Source of the DNA: Anaeramoeba ignava BMAN
Lineage: Eukaryota; Protista; Anaeramoebae
Length of the DNA: 64,000 nucleotides
Assembly (NCBI GenBank): GCA_028826165.1
Contig: JAPDFW010000055.1
Span: 124,001-188,000, forward strand
Reading direction: 5' to 3'
The notes beneath the pieces are model-generated. The model searched no databases. It had not been told where the DNA came from and saw only the letters and a list, made by a program, of their open reading frames with translations. The translations under genes and the position numbers were made by a program. This document shows, piece by piece, positions 22,416 to 36,500 of this stretch. Each line of letters opens with the position of its first letter. Position 1 is the first letter of the stretch.

Positions 22416-25172
22416 TTAAAGATCTAAATCAGTATGAAGTTCTTTTTCTTTAATAATTTGTTTAACAATTTGATGTTTTCTTTTTTTCTTTTTGAATAAA
22501 ATAATTCCAATAATGATTATTGAAATAACAATAATTGGAATAATTATTCCAATAGTTATTGTTGTTGTTTTTGTTGAATTATCAGTTTTTTGACATGGTT
22601 CACATGGTTCATAAGGAGATAATGTTGTAATTGATGTTGTTGAATTAATTCCTGAATATTCATTAAATGAACAATTTAAATCAGATGATTGAATAAACTG
22701 AAATTTCATAATATTCTTCTCCTTTTAATCCTGAAGTAATTGAATAATAAGGTGCTAGTAAATTTGTTAAACAAACTGATGTCGAATTATAAGTAAATGA
22801 ATATCCTTTTAATCCATTTGATAAAATTAATGGATTCCAAGTACAAACAAATCCATTAATTAATGAATTACAATTTAATGAAGAAATATTTCCTAATTTA
22901 GCTTTTGTTGAAATAATTGAACTAGGTAATCCTAAATATGGTGTTTCACAATTTAAATCAATACATCCTCGAATTGAAATATTATATTCAACATTTCCTG
23001 ATATTCCACTTATTATTCCAATTATTTCATTTTCACTTAAATCAAGAGATGTGAATTTTTGCCAATTTGTTTTATTATCAAGTGAAATTGAATAATTTTT
23101 TGCATTTATTAATTTTGTGAAATTAAATTCAATTTCTTCAATTTTGGAAATTGTTTCATAAATTATTGGAGATGATAAATTATCAGTTTTAATTGAAATT
23201 GATGAAATATATCCACATTTATCATTTGAATTACATGATGATATATTGATTTGATATTCTTGATTTGGGAATTGAGCTGTAAATTGTTGATTTGATGAAG
23301 TTGGTTGATAATTTCCTGAATCATTTTGATAAATTGATTGATAAGTAAAATTATAATAAAATGGAATTGAACAATTAATTGATTGATTCCAAGTGCAATT
23401 AATATCAACTAAATTTGAAATTGAACATGAAATATTTGTAATTTCTCCAAATATTAATGAAATTGATGATTCAACAATTTCTCCTTTATCATCTACTTCA
23501 CATTCTTGTGTTCTACATCCACAAATTGAAATATTATAATCATTTTCACATTCAAAATTATTCCAAAGATAATAAAGTGAAGAATTATCAACTGAAATGA
23601 AAGATATTAAATCAGGTTGAGATTGATTAAGATAAGAAAGATTATAATGATTAAGATGAGCAATTCCTTCATTGATCTGTACATTTGGATAATTCCAAGT
23701 AACATTAATTGAATAATTTGAAGGATTTGATAATTGAAAATCTTTTACAGAATCAATTTTTGTTGTTAAATTAATAAAAGAAGAAGATTCACCACATTTC
23801 ATTGTTGCATTATCACAAGTTCTGATTTGAATTGAATAATATTCATTTCCAGTAATATTATCATAAAATGAAGAATTAAATAATTGATAATAAACATTCT
23901 CATCTTCAAGAATTGAAGAATCAATATCAATCCAATCATATCCATAATTAATTTGATATTTCAAAGTTGAAGGAAATTCAATTTTATTCCAATAACAATC
24001 AAATGATGAAAATAAAGATGAACAATTAAGAATATTAACTTGAGGAATTAAATTAGCTTCATAAACAAATGCTTGATTTGCAAGAGGAGCTCCAATAGCA
24101 GTAAAATTCTCATAAATTGAAACAGAAAATCCAAAATATGAATATGAAAGTCCATTCAAATTTTGTTCTTTATTCCAATTTGTTCCATTATATCTGTAAA
24201 TAAATACTTGATTTGCATAATAAGCACCAATAACAATAACATCTTCATAAATTGAAACAGAAAATCCAAAATATGTAGCTGATTCACTCAAAATTTGTTC
24301 TTGATTCCAATTTGTTCCATTATATCTGTAAATAAATGCTTGATTTGCAAAATTAGTTCCAATAACAATAACATCTTCATAAATTGAAACAGAATATCCA
24401 AAATATGAAGCTGAAGGTTCACTCAAAATTTGTTCTTGAATCCAATTTGTTCCATTATATCTGTAAATAAATGCTTGTTTTGCACCATAAGCACCAATAA
24501 CAATAACATCTTCATAAATTGAAACAGAATATCCAAAATATGAAGCTGATTCACTCAAAATTTGTTCTTGATTCCAATTTGTTCCATTATATCTGTAAAT
24601 AAATGCTTGTTTTGCATTATTAGCACCAATAACAATAACATCTTCATAAACTGAAACACTAACTCCAAAAAATGTGAAGCTGAAGGTTCACTCAAAATTT
24701 GTTCTTTATTACAATCAGTTCCATTATATCTGTAAATAAATGCTTGATTTGCACCATAAGTTCCAATAACAATAACATCTTCATAAATTGAAACAGAATA
24801 TCCAAAATATGAAACTGATTCAATCAAAATTTGTTCTTGATTCCAATTTGTTCCATTATATCTGTAAATAAATGCTTGTTTTGCAGTATAAGTTCCAATA
24901 ACAATAACATCTTCATAAATTGAAACACTCCATCCAAACCATCCTGAACCTGAAAATTGATCTAATAAATTCCAAATCCAAGCTTCATCTGGAGTAGAAT
25001 AATATCTTGTTGTTTCTGTTAATAATCTTGTTGTTTCTATTTCTTGAATTATTGATGATGGAATTATTGATGATGAAATTGATTTTTGATTATTTTGATT
25101 TGATTGAATTAAGAAAATATTGATAATTAAGAAAAAGAAAAAGGAAAAGAAAAAGAATTGATTTGATTTCAT
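22416..25172 (-). CDS. FG-GAP propeller/FN3/TM surface protein, copy B; frameshifts at ~24670 (homopolymer) and ~22690 (+1 nt)
   Basis: Paralog of 18473-21200 with near-identical signal peptide, FN3 stalk and tail, and 7 blades. Confidence 0.85.
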
Positions 25173-25624
25173 TTTTGTTTTGTTTTGTTTTTTTTGGATT
25201 GTTTTTTTTGCTATTTTTTATTTAATTAAGAAAAATAAATAATAAATAAAATAAGTTTATTTTGTGTTTTTGTGTTTTTATTTTGTTTTTTTGTGTGTTT
25301 TATTTTATGTTTATTTTATGTTTATTTTATGTTTATTTTATGTTTTTTTTGTTTTTTATTTTGTAAAAAATTATTTTTGCTTTTTTTTTTCTTACTTTTT
25401 TTTGTTGAAGAAAGAAAAAAGAATGAAAAAAAAAAATGAATTACTTTTTTTATTTGTAATTAAATATTTATTTAAATTAATTAATAAAAATAAATAAAAT
25501 AAAAAAAGAATTAAAAAAATAATTTAAATTGGATTAAATTAAATTAGATCTTATTTATTTAAAAATAATTAAAATAAATAAAAGAAAAAAAGAATAAATA
25601 AAGAATTAAAAATTAAATTAAATT

Positions 25625-25744
25625 GGATTCGGCCATATCCAATCAAATACTCCAGGACACATTCCGAACCCTGAAGATAAATGATTGAGAGCTAAGTGAG
25701 TTAGTTGGATGGGGAACCGCCAGCGAAAACTTAGTGTTGAATCC
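25625..25744 (+). rRNA. 5S rRNA, copy 3
   Basis: Same sequence as copies 1 and 2, followed by oligo-T. Confidence 0.93.
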
Positions 25745-25814
25745 TTTTTTTTTTTGATTTATTTTTTTATTCCACTTTTTTCTTATTTTTATTCCACTTT
25801 TATTTTTTTTTTTT

Positions 25815-27450
25815 ATTTAATTTGATTTGATTTAATTTAATTTAATTTGATTTTAATTTTATTTAATTTAATTTGATTTGATTTAATTTAATTTAATTTG
25901 ATTTAATTTGATTTAATTTAATTTGATTTGATTTGATTTAATTTAATTTGATTTAATTTAATTTAATTTGATTTAATTTAATTTAATTTGATTTAATTTA
26001 ATTTAATTTAATTTAATTTAATTTAATTTAATTTGATTTAATTTGATTTGATTTAATTTAATTTAATTTAATTTGATTTAATTTGATTTAATTTGATTTG
26101 ATTTGATTTGAATTTGATTTAATTTAATTTAATTTAATTTAATTTAATTTAATTTAATTTAATTTAATTTAATTTAATTTAATTTAATTTAATTTGATTT
26201 AATTTAATTTAATTTATTTAATTTAATTTAATTTAATTTAATTTAATTTAATTTAATTTAATTTAATTTAATTTGATTTAATTTAATTTAATTTGATTTA
26301 ATTTAATTTAATTTAATTTAATTTAATTTAATTTAATTTAATTTAATTTAATTTAATTTAATTTGATTTAATTTGATTTGATTTGATTTAATTTAATTTA
26401 ATTTGATTTAATTTGATTTAATTTGATTTGATTTAATTTGATTTAATTTGATTTGATTTGATTTAATTTGATTTAATTTGATTTGATTTAATTTAATTTG
26501 ATTTGATTTAATTTAATTTAATTTAATTTGATTTAATTTAATTTAATTTAATTTGATTTAATTTGATTTAATTTGATTTAATTTAATTTAATTTAATTTA
26601 ATTTAATTTAATTTAATTTTATTTTTGATTTAATTTAATTTGATTTGATTTAATTTAATTTAATTTAATTTTAATTTGATTTGATTTAATTTGATTTAAT
26701 TTGATTTAATTTAATTTAATTTGATTTAATTTTTTATTTTTTAATTTAATTTTTAATTTTAATTTAATTTGATTTAATTTAATTTGATTTGATTTGATTT
26801 AATTTAATTTAATTTGATTTAATTTAATTTGATTTGATTTGATTTAATTTGATTTAATTTAATTTAATTTGATTTGATTTAATTTGATTTAATTTGATTT
26901 AATTTAATTTGATTTAATTTGATTTAATTTAATTTAATTTGATTTAATTTAATTTGATTTAATTTAATTTAATTTAATTTGATTTAATTTGATTTAATTT
27001 AATTTGATTTAATTTGATTTAATTTAATTTGATTTAATTTGATTTAATTTGATTTAATTTGATTTGATTTAATTTAATTTAATTTGATTTAATTTGATTT
27101 GATTTAATTTAATTTGATTTAATTTGATTTAATTTGATTTAATTTGATTTAATTTGATTTAATTTAATTTAATTTGATTTGATTTAATTTAATTTAATTT
27201 GATTTGATTTAATTTGATTTGATTTGATTTAATTTAATTTAATTTGATTTAATTTAATTTAATTTGATTTGATTTAATTTAATTTGATTTAATTTGATTT
27301 AATTTAATTTGATTTGATTTAATTTGATTTAATTTGATTTAATTTGATTTAATTTGATTTAATTTTATTTAATTTGATTTAATTTGATTTAATTTGATTT
27401 AATTTGATTTAATTTAATTTGATTTAATTTAATTTAATTTGATTTGATTT
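25815..27450. repeat. (ATTTA/ATTTG)n pentamer satellite, ~1.6 kb, intergenic
   Basis: Directly visible. Confidence 0.95.
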
Positions 27451-27577
27451 TATTCTTAATTTTATTATGTTTTATTTTGGATTAAAAGAAATATAAATAA
27501 ATCATTTTTCATTTCATTTCATTTTATTTGAGTTATTTTTTTGAAAAAATTATTTTATTTTTTTTTTTAATTTCTTG

Positions 27578-30500
27578 TCAAAACAAATTAAAATGATCCA
27601 AATTTCGAATTAATTGATAAATTATTTTTGAAATTTCTTCAAAATCATCAGTTTTAGGAAGAATTAATTCATTATTAAAAATATTAATAATTTCAAATTT
27701 AGAAAAATAATGATTTTTAAACTGTTGAATTTTAATATATAATTTTGGACGAATGGAACTTGTTGAACCAGTAACAACTTGAATAAATTTTGCTCGTTCT
27801 TCAATTTCCAAATTTTTCAAAACATCCCAAAAAAACTTAATCTCTTTTGAATCTTCTTTCAAAATTGCCTTTTCTTTTAAATCCTCAATTTTAATCAACG
27901 GAATTCCACAAATTAATAATTCAAGCTCGTTTGGCGTGAATATCTTCAGTAATCTAATAGGAAATATTGTGTTGATCCCATTAACAATCGAGTTGATTTG
28001 TCTTTGAATCATTTTGGAAAGAAAATATTCAGTTGCCAAATTAACAAACTTCATTTTCTTCTCTTTTTTAACTGGAACATTTCTTCCATTTGAAATCAAA
28101 TCAATAACTTCATTTTGATATTCGATTGAGAAAGTTTTGCCAAATTTTTGGTCTTCGTTGTCTTCATTTTCACTCAAATATTTCCTAATCTTCTCAAAAA
28201 TATCGAAATATCCAAATTGCAAATCTGAATAAGAAATTTGTTGTCTAATTAAATTTTTATAAAAAGGAAGTGAAAAATGGATCGGGATGCAAATTTCTTC
28301 ATAAATCGCCTTTCCAATAATCTCTCCAATGAAATGAAAATGTTCGAAATAATTGTGAATTTTGGAGCTTTGCGGATCTATATGGAAAATATCAGGTTTT
28401 TTTTGTATTGAAGAGAACAAATTCTGTTTTTGATCAACAAAACTTCTTGTTAATTCAATAAACCATTCCTTTTTCAAAGTATCCAAATTCTTGGCTTTTT
28501 CTCCCAAAAATTGCACTTGAATATCCATGATTCTGAGCTTGTTTTGCGACTTGTTTCTGATCTGAAGAAGAGAATCTTTAAATATCTCTTTTCTTCTTAC
28601 CGAAATATTCAAAATACTAATTTTTCCCTTTTTTTGGTTATCAAGCATTTGTCTGAAATAACGTTTTTTATTCTCAAAAGTAAGTAAATCAGGTATTTCT
28701 GTTAAAACTTTGAAAGAACTATTAAGAAGATCTAAATGAGAATAAACAATTGTGTTCAAAACTTTGCAGTTTGTTTTCGCAAAATCAACAACTATTGATT
28801 CATCGTTAGAAATTTTTTCGTTTCCATGAAGAATGAAAAAAGAACTAACAAGAGGAATCAATACATTTGTTAAACTTGTTTTGCTTTTGCTCTTTTTTTT
28901 CTTGATTTTTGGTGTTTGTTCTTGTATTTTTTTATTTTTTTGATTTGGCTTGTTTTTCGTTTGTCTTCTGAATGAATGTTTAAAACTAACTTTTTCTTTT
29001 ATTACCAAATCATTGTTATCCTGTTTTTCATGAATTGAAAGTATCAATTCAAGACAATTATTCAGAACATCCCACAAATCCTTGAATTGGAATGTTGATT
29101 TCTGAGAAATGAGTAAATTTTCAATTTGATAAGAATTTAAAGTTTTTAAATCTGTTTGAATTAAATGGAGAAAATTGGTGTTTTTCAAAATGTAAGTTTT
29201 CGAAAATTTCGCAATATCTTGAAGTTGGTTTTCCTTCTCAAAAATTTTACTCAAATCCTTTTGATACAAACACAAATCCTTCCAAACATGTTTAGCAATT
29301 TTCAAAGTGATAAAGATCAAACGATCCGAAATCTGCTCTTGATTTTCGGGATTCAAAAACAATTTTTCGACAATAGAAAGTGCAAGAGAGAAAGATTGTT
29401 CTGGGAAGTTATCTCTTAAGAGAATATTGATAAATGCTGTTGAAATATCTTGTGAAATTGTTGGTATTGGGAATTCATGTGAGATTTTATATTGCGAAAG
29501 AATTTTGGAAAGTATTGTTAGCAATTTAACAACAGATACTTCTCGATTTAATCCAAATGTTCTTATTGAAAACAATTTGAGAAGACATTCAAATATGAAG
29601 TTGTGTTTTGATAAGTCCTGATTTGTAGTGTCATCTGAAATTTCAATCTTTTCAGTAAGTAAATATTCGCAAACACTTGAATGTTTAGTTAACGGTTGAA
29701 TAATATCAAGAACTCGATTAATAAGCGCAACGGAAATTGCGTTTGAATTTGCATTTTCAAGTGGAGATTTTGTTTTAATTTCACCCGATTTTTGTGCTGT
29801 TTGATTTTTGTTTGAATCTGTTTCAGAAACTGCAAGCATGTATCCAAAATACTTGAAAAATCTTTTCAAACTGAAATCTTTATTTGGCTCTTTTTTAGAA
29901 CTATATTCCGTTTCTTTTGAATACCAACTCTCATCAAGTTTAATAGAAGAGCATCCCAAAGGAGCCAATATGTATTCAAGTAAATTCTTTCTTGATTCGC
30001 GATGTCGACACAAATGATCCAAAATTTGGGTTAAATCTGTGATGAAATATAAGGAAGATTCTTCAGGAAGAACAATAAGATTAACAAGTGTTTGAATTTC
30101 ATCTTGAGAAATCAATGCAGGTTCCATATTCATTTCAACTTGTTCATTTGACAGCAAGAGTTTGAGAACATCAATATTAGTATGAATTGTATTTTCGAAA
30201 TTCTTGATTTTCTCAAGATCAAGATCTTCGTCTTGTTCGGGTTTCAATTGACCCATGAAACTATATGGAAGAAGTGAAATGAAATTTTCATCTCCAGTTT
30301 TGTAAATCTCAGCAACAATTTCTTTGCTGACATCAAGAGGAAGATCCTCAAGAAATGATTCAAATGAACTCAAATTTTCAAACTCATCATCATCAACATT
30401 ATCAGCGTTATCAAATTCAGTTTCATAATCATCATCTTTGAGCTGATTGTCTTTGTTTTCATTCTCTTTCACTTCTTCTTGTCTTGAAAGTTTAGTTAGA

Positions 30501-33500
30501 TAAAAATATACCAGTTTGTTTCTTAATCCTGTTGATAATTTTGTTAAAAGTAAAATATAAACCTCATCAATATTCATTTCTCGAAGTTTGCTTATAAATT
30601 GGTTCTCTGTATCTTTCTTTGTTAAATGGGGTTGTTTTTGTGAATGAGGTTTTTCTGTAAATGCATCATTTTGTAATTTGTTTAAAATGGGTTTTTTCAT
30701 CATTTTTGCTAATTTTACAAAATCAGGAATTTCTTGTAAATTTGTTTGAGAAGATATTTGAGTGGGTTTTATTTTCTCTTTATTCATTTCATTTTCAGGA
30801 GAAAAAGCTTGAACTTCCCAAATAATTTGGTTTCCAAACAAGTTTTGCAAATGGAAAGAATTCAAATTATTGAATTTGGAATTGATTTTAGCTTTCCAAT
30901 CAATTCCTGAATTTTGGTTTCCTGATTCTGATTGTTGAGGCATGATTTGGTTTCCAGATGTTTGTTGAATTGGATATATAGTCTCGATAGATTCTCTTTC
31001 ATTTTCTTTTTCATCTCCATCAACATCATTATCATCAATAGAAATATTCTCATTTAAATTCGCATTTTGTTCTTCATATTTCATCAACGGAGATGCTATT
31101 ATTTGCATGCTCCATTCTTCTGTGTCAATATGCTGATTCTTTATATTTGTTATGGTTTTTCTTAAGTTTATTGGTGATTCTGTTTTTGTTGTTTGTGATG
31201 AAACTTGGTTTGCATTATAAGGTAAGAATTCTGGATTGTAAATTTTGGAAATGTAAGGATGAACAAATGAGAGTAAATATTTGCGTCTTTTTCTCGTGTG
31301 TTTTTTGAGCTTTTGTCTTCTTTTATTAACATAATTTGGTGAATTTTTTTGATTTCCCAAAAAATTTCCAAAATCAATTCCAAATTGATGACTTAAAGGC
31401 TCAAATAATTCAATAAGTCCAATATCAACCTCTCTTCCTTGCTTGGATAATTCAATAAGTTCCAAAACAGAGTGTTCAATTACTTCCAAGATTTCCTCTA
31501 TTCTTTGGTTTGTAGATGTTCTGTCTTGATATTGAGTAAAATCCTTCTGATGATCCTCTTTGATCTTCTTTTTTTCTTCTCTTGCCTTTTGTCTTTTCAA
31601 AAGAATTCTTAAATGAGGTGAAGTAAAAACCTGAACAAACAATTCCAAAAGACTCAAATGGGAATAAATAAATTCAGAAGCATGAGGATGATTTAAATCA
31701 AGTTTCTTCAAAAAGGAAAGGATATTTTTAGTAATCTGATTCCCAAAAGAAATGAAAAACAACCTAAAAATAATGGAATTAAGAAAATGAGGTTTTTGCA
31801 AGTTTCTTGTTGTGATTTGGTGGAAATCAATAAGAGCTAAAATTAAATCAACCAAAGGAAGCACTTTTGTGAAAAGATCCTCTTGATCCAATTTTTCTTC
31901 AGATAATTTATTCAGAGTTCCAACTAATTCAAGCAATCCTTCCCAAACTTCATTGTGAGAATCTTCTGATGAAAGAAGAACAACAAGATCAATAGCAGCA
32001 AATGAAGTGGATTGATCAAATAATTTAATTGGAAGAAGATGATTTATAACAAATGATAAAAAAGACTTGTTTCCAATTTTGGAATCAAGAATAATTTTCC
32101 CAAAATTCTCGTATGATTGAGTAAATTCAAGGAGAAGAAGAAGAATCACTTCAGGACAAAGTATATCTTTACTTTCCTTTCTTCACTTTATTCTCCACAT
32201 TCTCTTTCCGTTTGATTTTTTCTTTAACTTGTGATTCAAGTGAAAGAGATAATAAAGAAACAATTTCTTCTGCAAAAACCTTTGTTTTCTCATCTTCGTC
32301 TTCATCTTCATCTTCATCATTTTTCTGTTTGATTTCGTCTTTTTTCTCGTTAATAAGTTTGATTTGATAATTATTTGATGGATCTCTTCTTGTGTGTAAG
32401 CGACAAACACTTGAAATTGATTTAATGAATAAATTTGGATCTCTTGAAATGAATTTCGAATAATGTTTGATAAATGTAATTAAATCAACTCGAGGCTGTT
32501 TTGTCTCATCAGCTCCAGTTTTTTTGGCTAATTCAGGGAATGTTGCTTTGATTTCTTGTATTATTGCCGTTTTAAATGTGATTGGATCTTCAACAACATT
32601 ACGTAGTATTGAATTTACAAGTAATGCATATCCTCGGAAAAAATTATTCTTGCTCTTTTTGATTTGAATTAAGTGTTCCAATCCTTTCATTTCTGCAAAA
32701 AGTGATGCGCAATGGAAATATGTTGTTAATTTAGAAATGAATCTCAGAAGTGCTTCAAGCCCATAAGAATCTGATTTGATTTGCAAAAGTTTGACTGAAA
32801 ATTCTGTAAATTTTTTAAGATGATCATCAACTTTATCAAATTCCTGATAAACAAGAATTTCTGTATGTTCTTCAGTTTTGTTTTTCAAAGATCGTTTAAC
32901 AAGTTCTGAATAATAATTTCTTTTGGATTTTGAAGGTAGAATATTATCAAGTAAGAGTATAGTAAGAGTAAGAAATGGATTCCAAATATTTTGATTTATT
33001 AAAGCTTTTTCTTTATAATCCAAAAATTTGCTGATAATTTCTTCTAATGTTGGTATGATTTGATGCTTGAAAACAATAGATAATAATTGTTTTTGATTAT
33101 TAAATATTGATGATGTTGTTGTTGTTGATGTTGTTTTTGTTGTTGGACTTGTTTGTGGATAAAATTCTTGATAAGCAATATTTTTTTTGATTTTTAATTG
33201 AGATGCTTTTGGAGGTTTTTCTTGAGGAATTAGCAACATAGTTAGCACTCCCATTAAATTATTAATCTTCTCAGGAAAAGGTTGAATTTGGATTGTTTTT
33301 TGTACTCTTTCATGTATTTGTGATACAACCATTTCAAGATAACTGAATTGATTCTCATTAGAATTTGATTGTGAATTTGGTTGTCTTTTAAGCTGTTTTT
33401 TAATGATACTTATAATTTCCTTCTCAATTTCTTGCGGTTTTCTTGCCTCAAGAATATCAAGTAATCGAGGAACAAGTTCCTTTTCAATTGGTTGAATTAA

Positions 33501-36500
33501 TTTGATAATTTCTTTTCTTAAAGTTCTAACAGTTATATCACTTTTATGGATTTCCATTGATGTATCCATTTTAATTTGAGAAATATTTTGTTCTTGTTGA
33601 TCTTGATTTGTTTGTTGTTTTTGATGTTTTTTCTTTGCAAATGTTGTGTGAAGTTCCTCAATTTTAGTGTTTATTATTAAAAGCATTTTCTTAATGAAAT
33701 TTAATGGACCAAATTTAAGTTTTGGATCTTCCCATTTTTTAATAACAACTTCTTTAAGAATTTTGGATTGTAATCTATACAAAAATTTATATTTACGGAA
33801 ACTTTTGGATTTGTTGCTAAAAGTAAATGATACTAAGCATTTTGTAATTGGAGATGATAAAAATTTATGAATTGAAGAAATTGTATGAATCAAAATTGCA
33901 AGTTTTTCAAGTGCAATTCCAAATAATTTAGATTTCATTGTAAAATTATTTTCATTTTCATTTTCATTTATATTTTCAGTAAGATTTTGGAAAAGTTTTA
34001 AAATTAAATCAATCGTTCCATTTTGATCAAGAAGAACAACAAGAATTGTGTTTAAAGAATCGAAATGTTTTGCCTTTGTTGAAGAAATTTCTGTTAGAAT
34101 CAAAGATTGGAATCTATGCGTAAATCTAATAATATAACGCAATTCAGAAATTGTAAGCATACTGAAATTTTCTTGTTGTTTTTTATCAATAAAACTTTTC
34201 AAAGAAATTAACAATGTTTTGGAAATTGTTTCTGCGAGTAAAACAACAGAAAGAGAAGATGATTGATTTTTTTGTTTGTTGTTATTAGAAAGAAGAGAAG
34301 CAAGAATGATGTAATTGATTTCTTGATAAATTCCAACAAGATAATGGCTAATTTCTCTTCTTAAATGGTTGATTATGGATTGTTTTGGATCTTCAATTTC
34401 TTTTTCAATTTCTTTTTCCTTTTTCTTCTCTTCTTCTTCTTTTTCTTCTCTTCTTGATTCTTGCCATTCAATTTCATTAAGAAATTCTCCAAAATATTCA
34501 ACAAGATTAAGAGCTTTTGGAGAGCTCCATTGTGTTAATAATTTTTCAGGAGAACTTTCATCTTCAATTTCATTAAGTGAAGTTTTCAAAACAAAATCTG
34601 AAAGAAGTTTAACAAAACTGTATATTGTTTGGGCTGTTTGGATTGTTTCAATGTTTTTGAAATATTCCTTTTTTCCTTTAAGCTTTCTGAAATGGGAAAC
34701 TGTAATTGTAATCAAAGATTGGGTGAATTGAGACATGTTCATTGCGCTGATAATTTGGAACATTTTATTAAGTGATAATGCTGCTGTTGAATCATAAAAA
34801 GTATTCGGAAGAGCTGGTGAAGTGAATATTTTCAAACAAGTTTCAATTCCTTTTTTGTTGATAAAACAGTTCATATTTTGAACTGAAGAAAGAAATCTCT
34901 CCAAAAATCTTGCAATATTATCAACAAAACAACAAAAAGTAGATTCAGTTGAATCATCTTGAATTTTTGGATCATTTTCACTTAATTCAGTTGTTTTTTG
35001 CAAACAAATTCCTTCAATCATACCGATAATCATATCGATAATATCCTCAAGCAAATTTGGTAAATGTCTTACTAAAATCTCGAATTCTTGACCAAGTTCA
35101 CTTGCAACTCTTTTACTCATAATTGGGATATATTGAGGTTTAATAAGAAGTGATAATATGGGTTTGTAAATTTTGCTTCTGTTTATAAAAGAGGCTCCAC
35201 TAGTTATTGTTGATAATTTTGTAACTGTTTTTGAAATTATCGAGACACTTGATGCTGAATTTGGAACTGAAATGTTCATGATTTTGCACATTAGTTTTAA
35301 TACTCTTGATTTATTTATCAAAGACATGTATTCCTCATTGGAAGCAATAATTCCAAGTAGATCACAAGTTCGTGAAAATAAATTTGGTATTTTGAGACAT
35401 AGATATTCTTTCTGGAAAACTCTTTTGATGGTATCTATTATGGGCTTCATTTCCAATTTGTTTGTTGATTTATTATCATTATCACTTGTAACAAGTTGTC
35501 CAATCAATCTAAATGAACTTATTAATACTTTGATTTTTCTATGTGAAATGAATGATTGTTCATCTAGTGATTCTTCTGTGAAAAATTCCAAATCAAAATC
35601 CACTCTTTCAAGCAGTGATTGAATTTCATTTTGTTCTTGGAAATATTGCAATGCTCTTATATTGTGTTTTATTAAATTGCTCCATAATTCAAGAAGATAA
35701 AAAATTGTATGCAAACTTTGTGAATTTCTATCCTTTAATAATATCAATGTGCATGTAATCCATGATTTATCTCCTGCATACAATGATCCTCCAATTTGAC
35801 TTTTGCTGATTGTTTGAAGGAATTTCATTAAATGTCTTATAAACTGGACATCAAACATTGGTGTTTCATATTTTTCCATTGCATTTTCAACAATTCCAGA
35901 AATGTATTTTTTATCAAATTGTGGATTTTCAACTAAAATGTTTCCTTTTTCTAAAATTTCTTCTTGGAAATAAGAATGTGTATACATTGAATTTAATGTT
36001 TCCATAACTAATACTTTAAATTCCTAAATAAAATAAGTAAATTTTTTTTTTAAAAAAATGAATTCATTTTCCAAAACAAATTATTTTTTTTTTAATTTAA
36101 TAATCTACTTCATCAATTTGTTTTTCTGTTGTTATAACTTCAATTAATTGTTCAACAAGATCAGGTTCTCTTTTTTTAATTTCTTTTATAAATGTATTAT
36201 TTTTAGGTCCTAATTCAAAAAAAGTTCTTAAAGAAACTAATCTAATTTTTGCTAAATTTTTAATATTTAAAGGTCCATTTTGGAAAATGAGGAATCTTTG
36301 ATATTTTGAGTAAATAACATGTAATAATTGTTCTGGAAGATGATATTTATCCATTAAATTTTTTAATTCATTTTCCACATTTTCCCATTTAAAGAAGTTA
36401 ATTTTAATTTCTTTTAAATCTTCTTTTTTCGGTTTAAGTTTTCTTTTATTTTCTTTTAAAAGTTGTTGATTTATTAAAAAATGGAATTCGATATATTTAG

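Noticed and set aside
17640-25800. Calling the 5S-flanked unit a bona fide LTR/TRIM element
   Set aside because: No TG..CA termini, PBS, PPT, TSD or RT/integrase are visible; kept only as a tandem-repeat finding.
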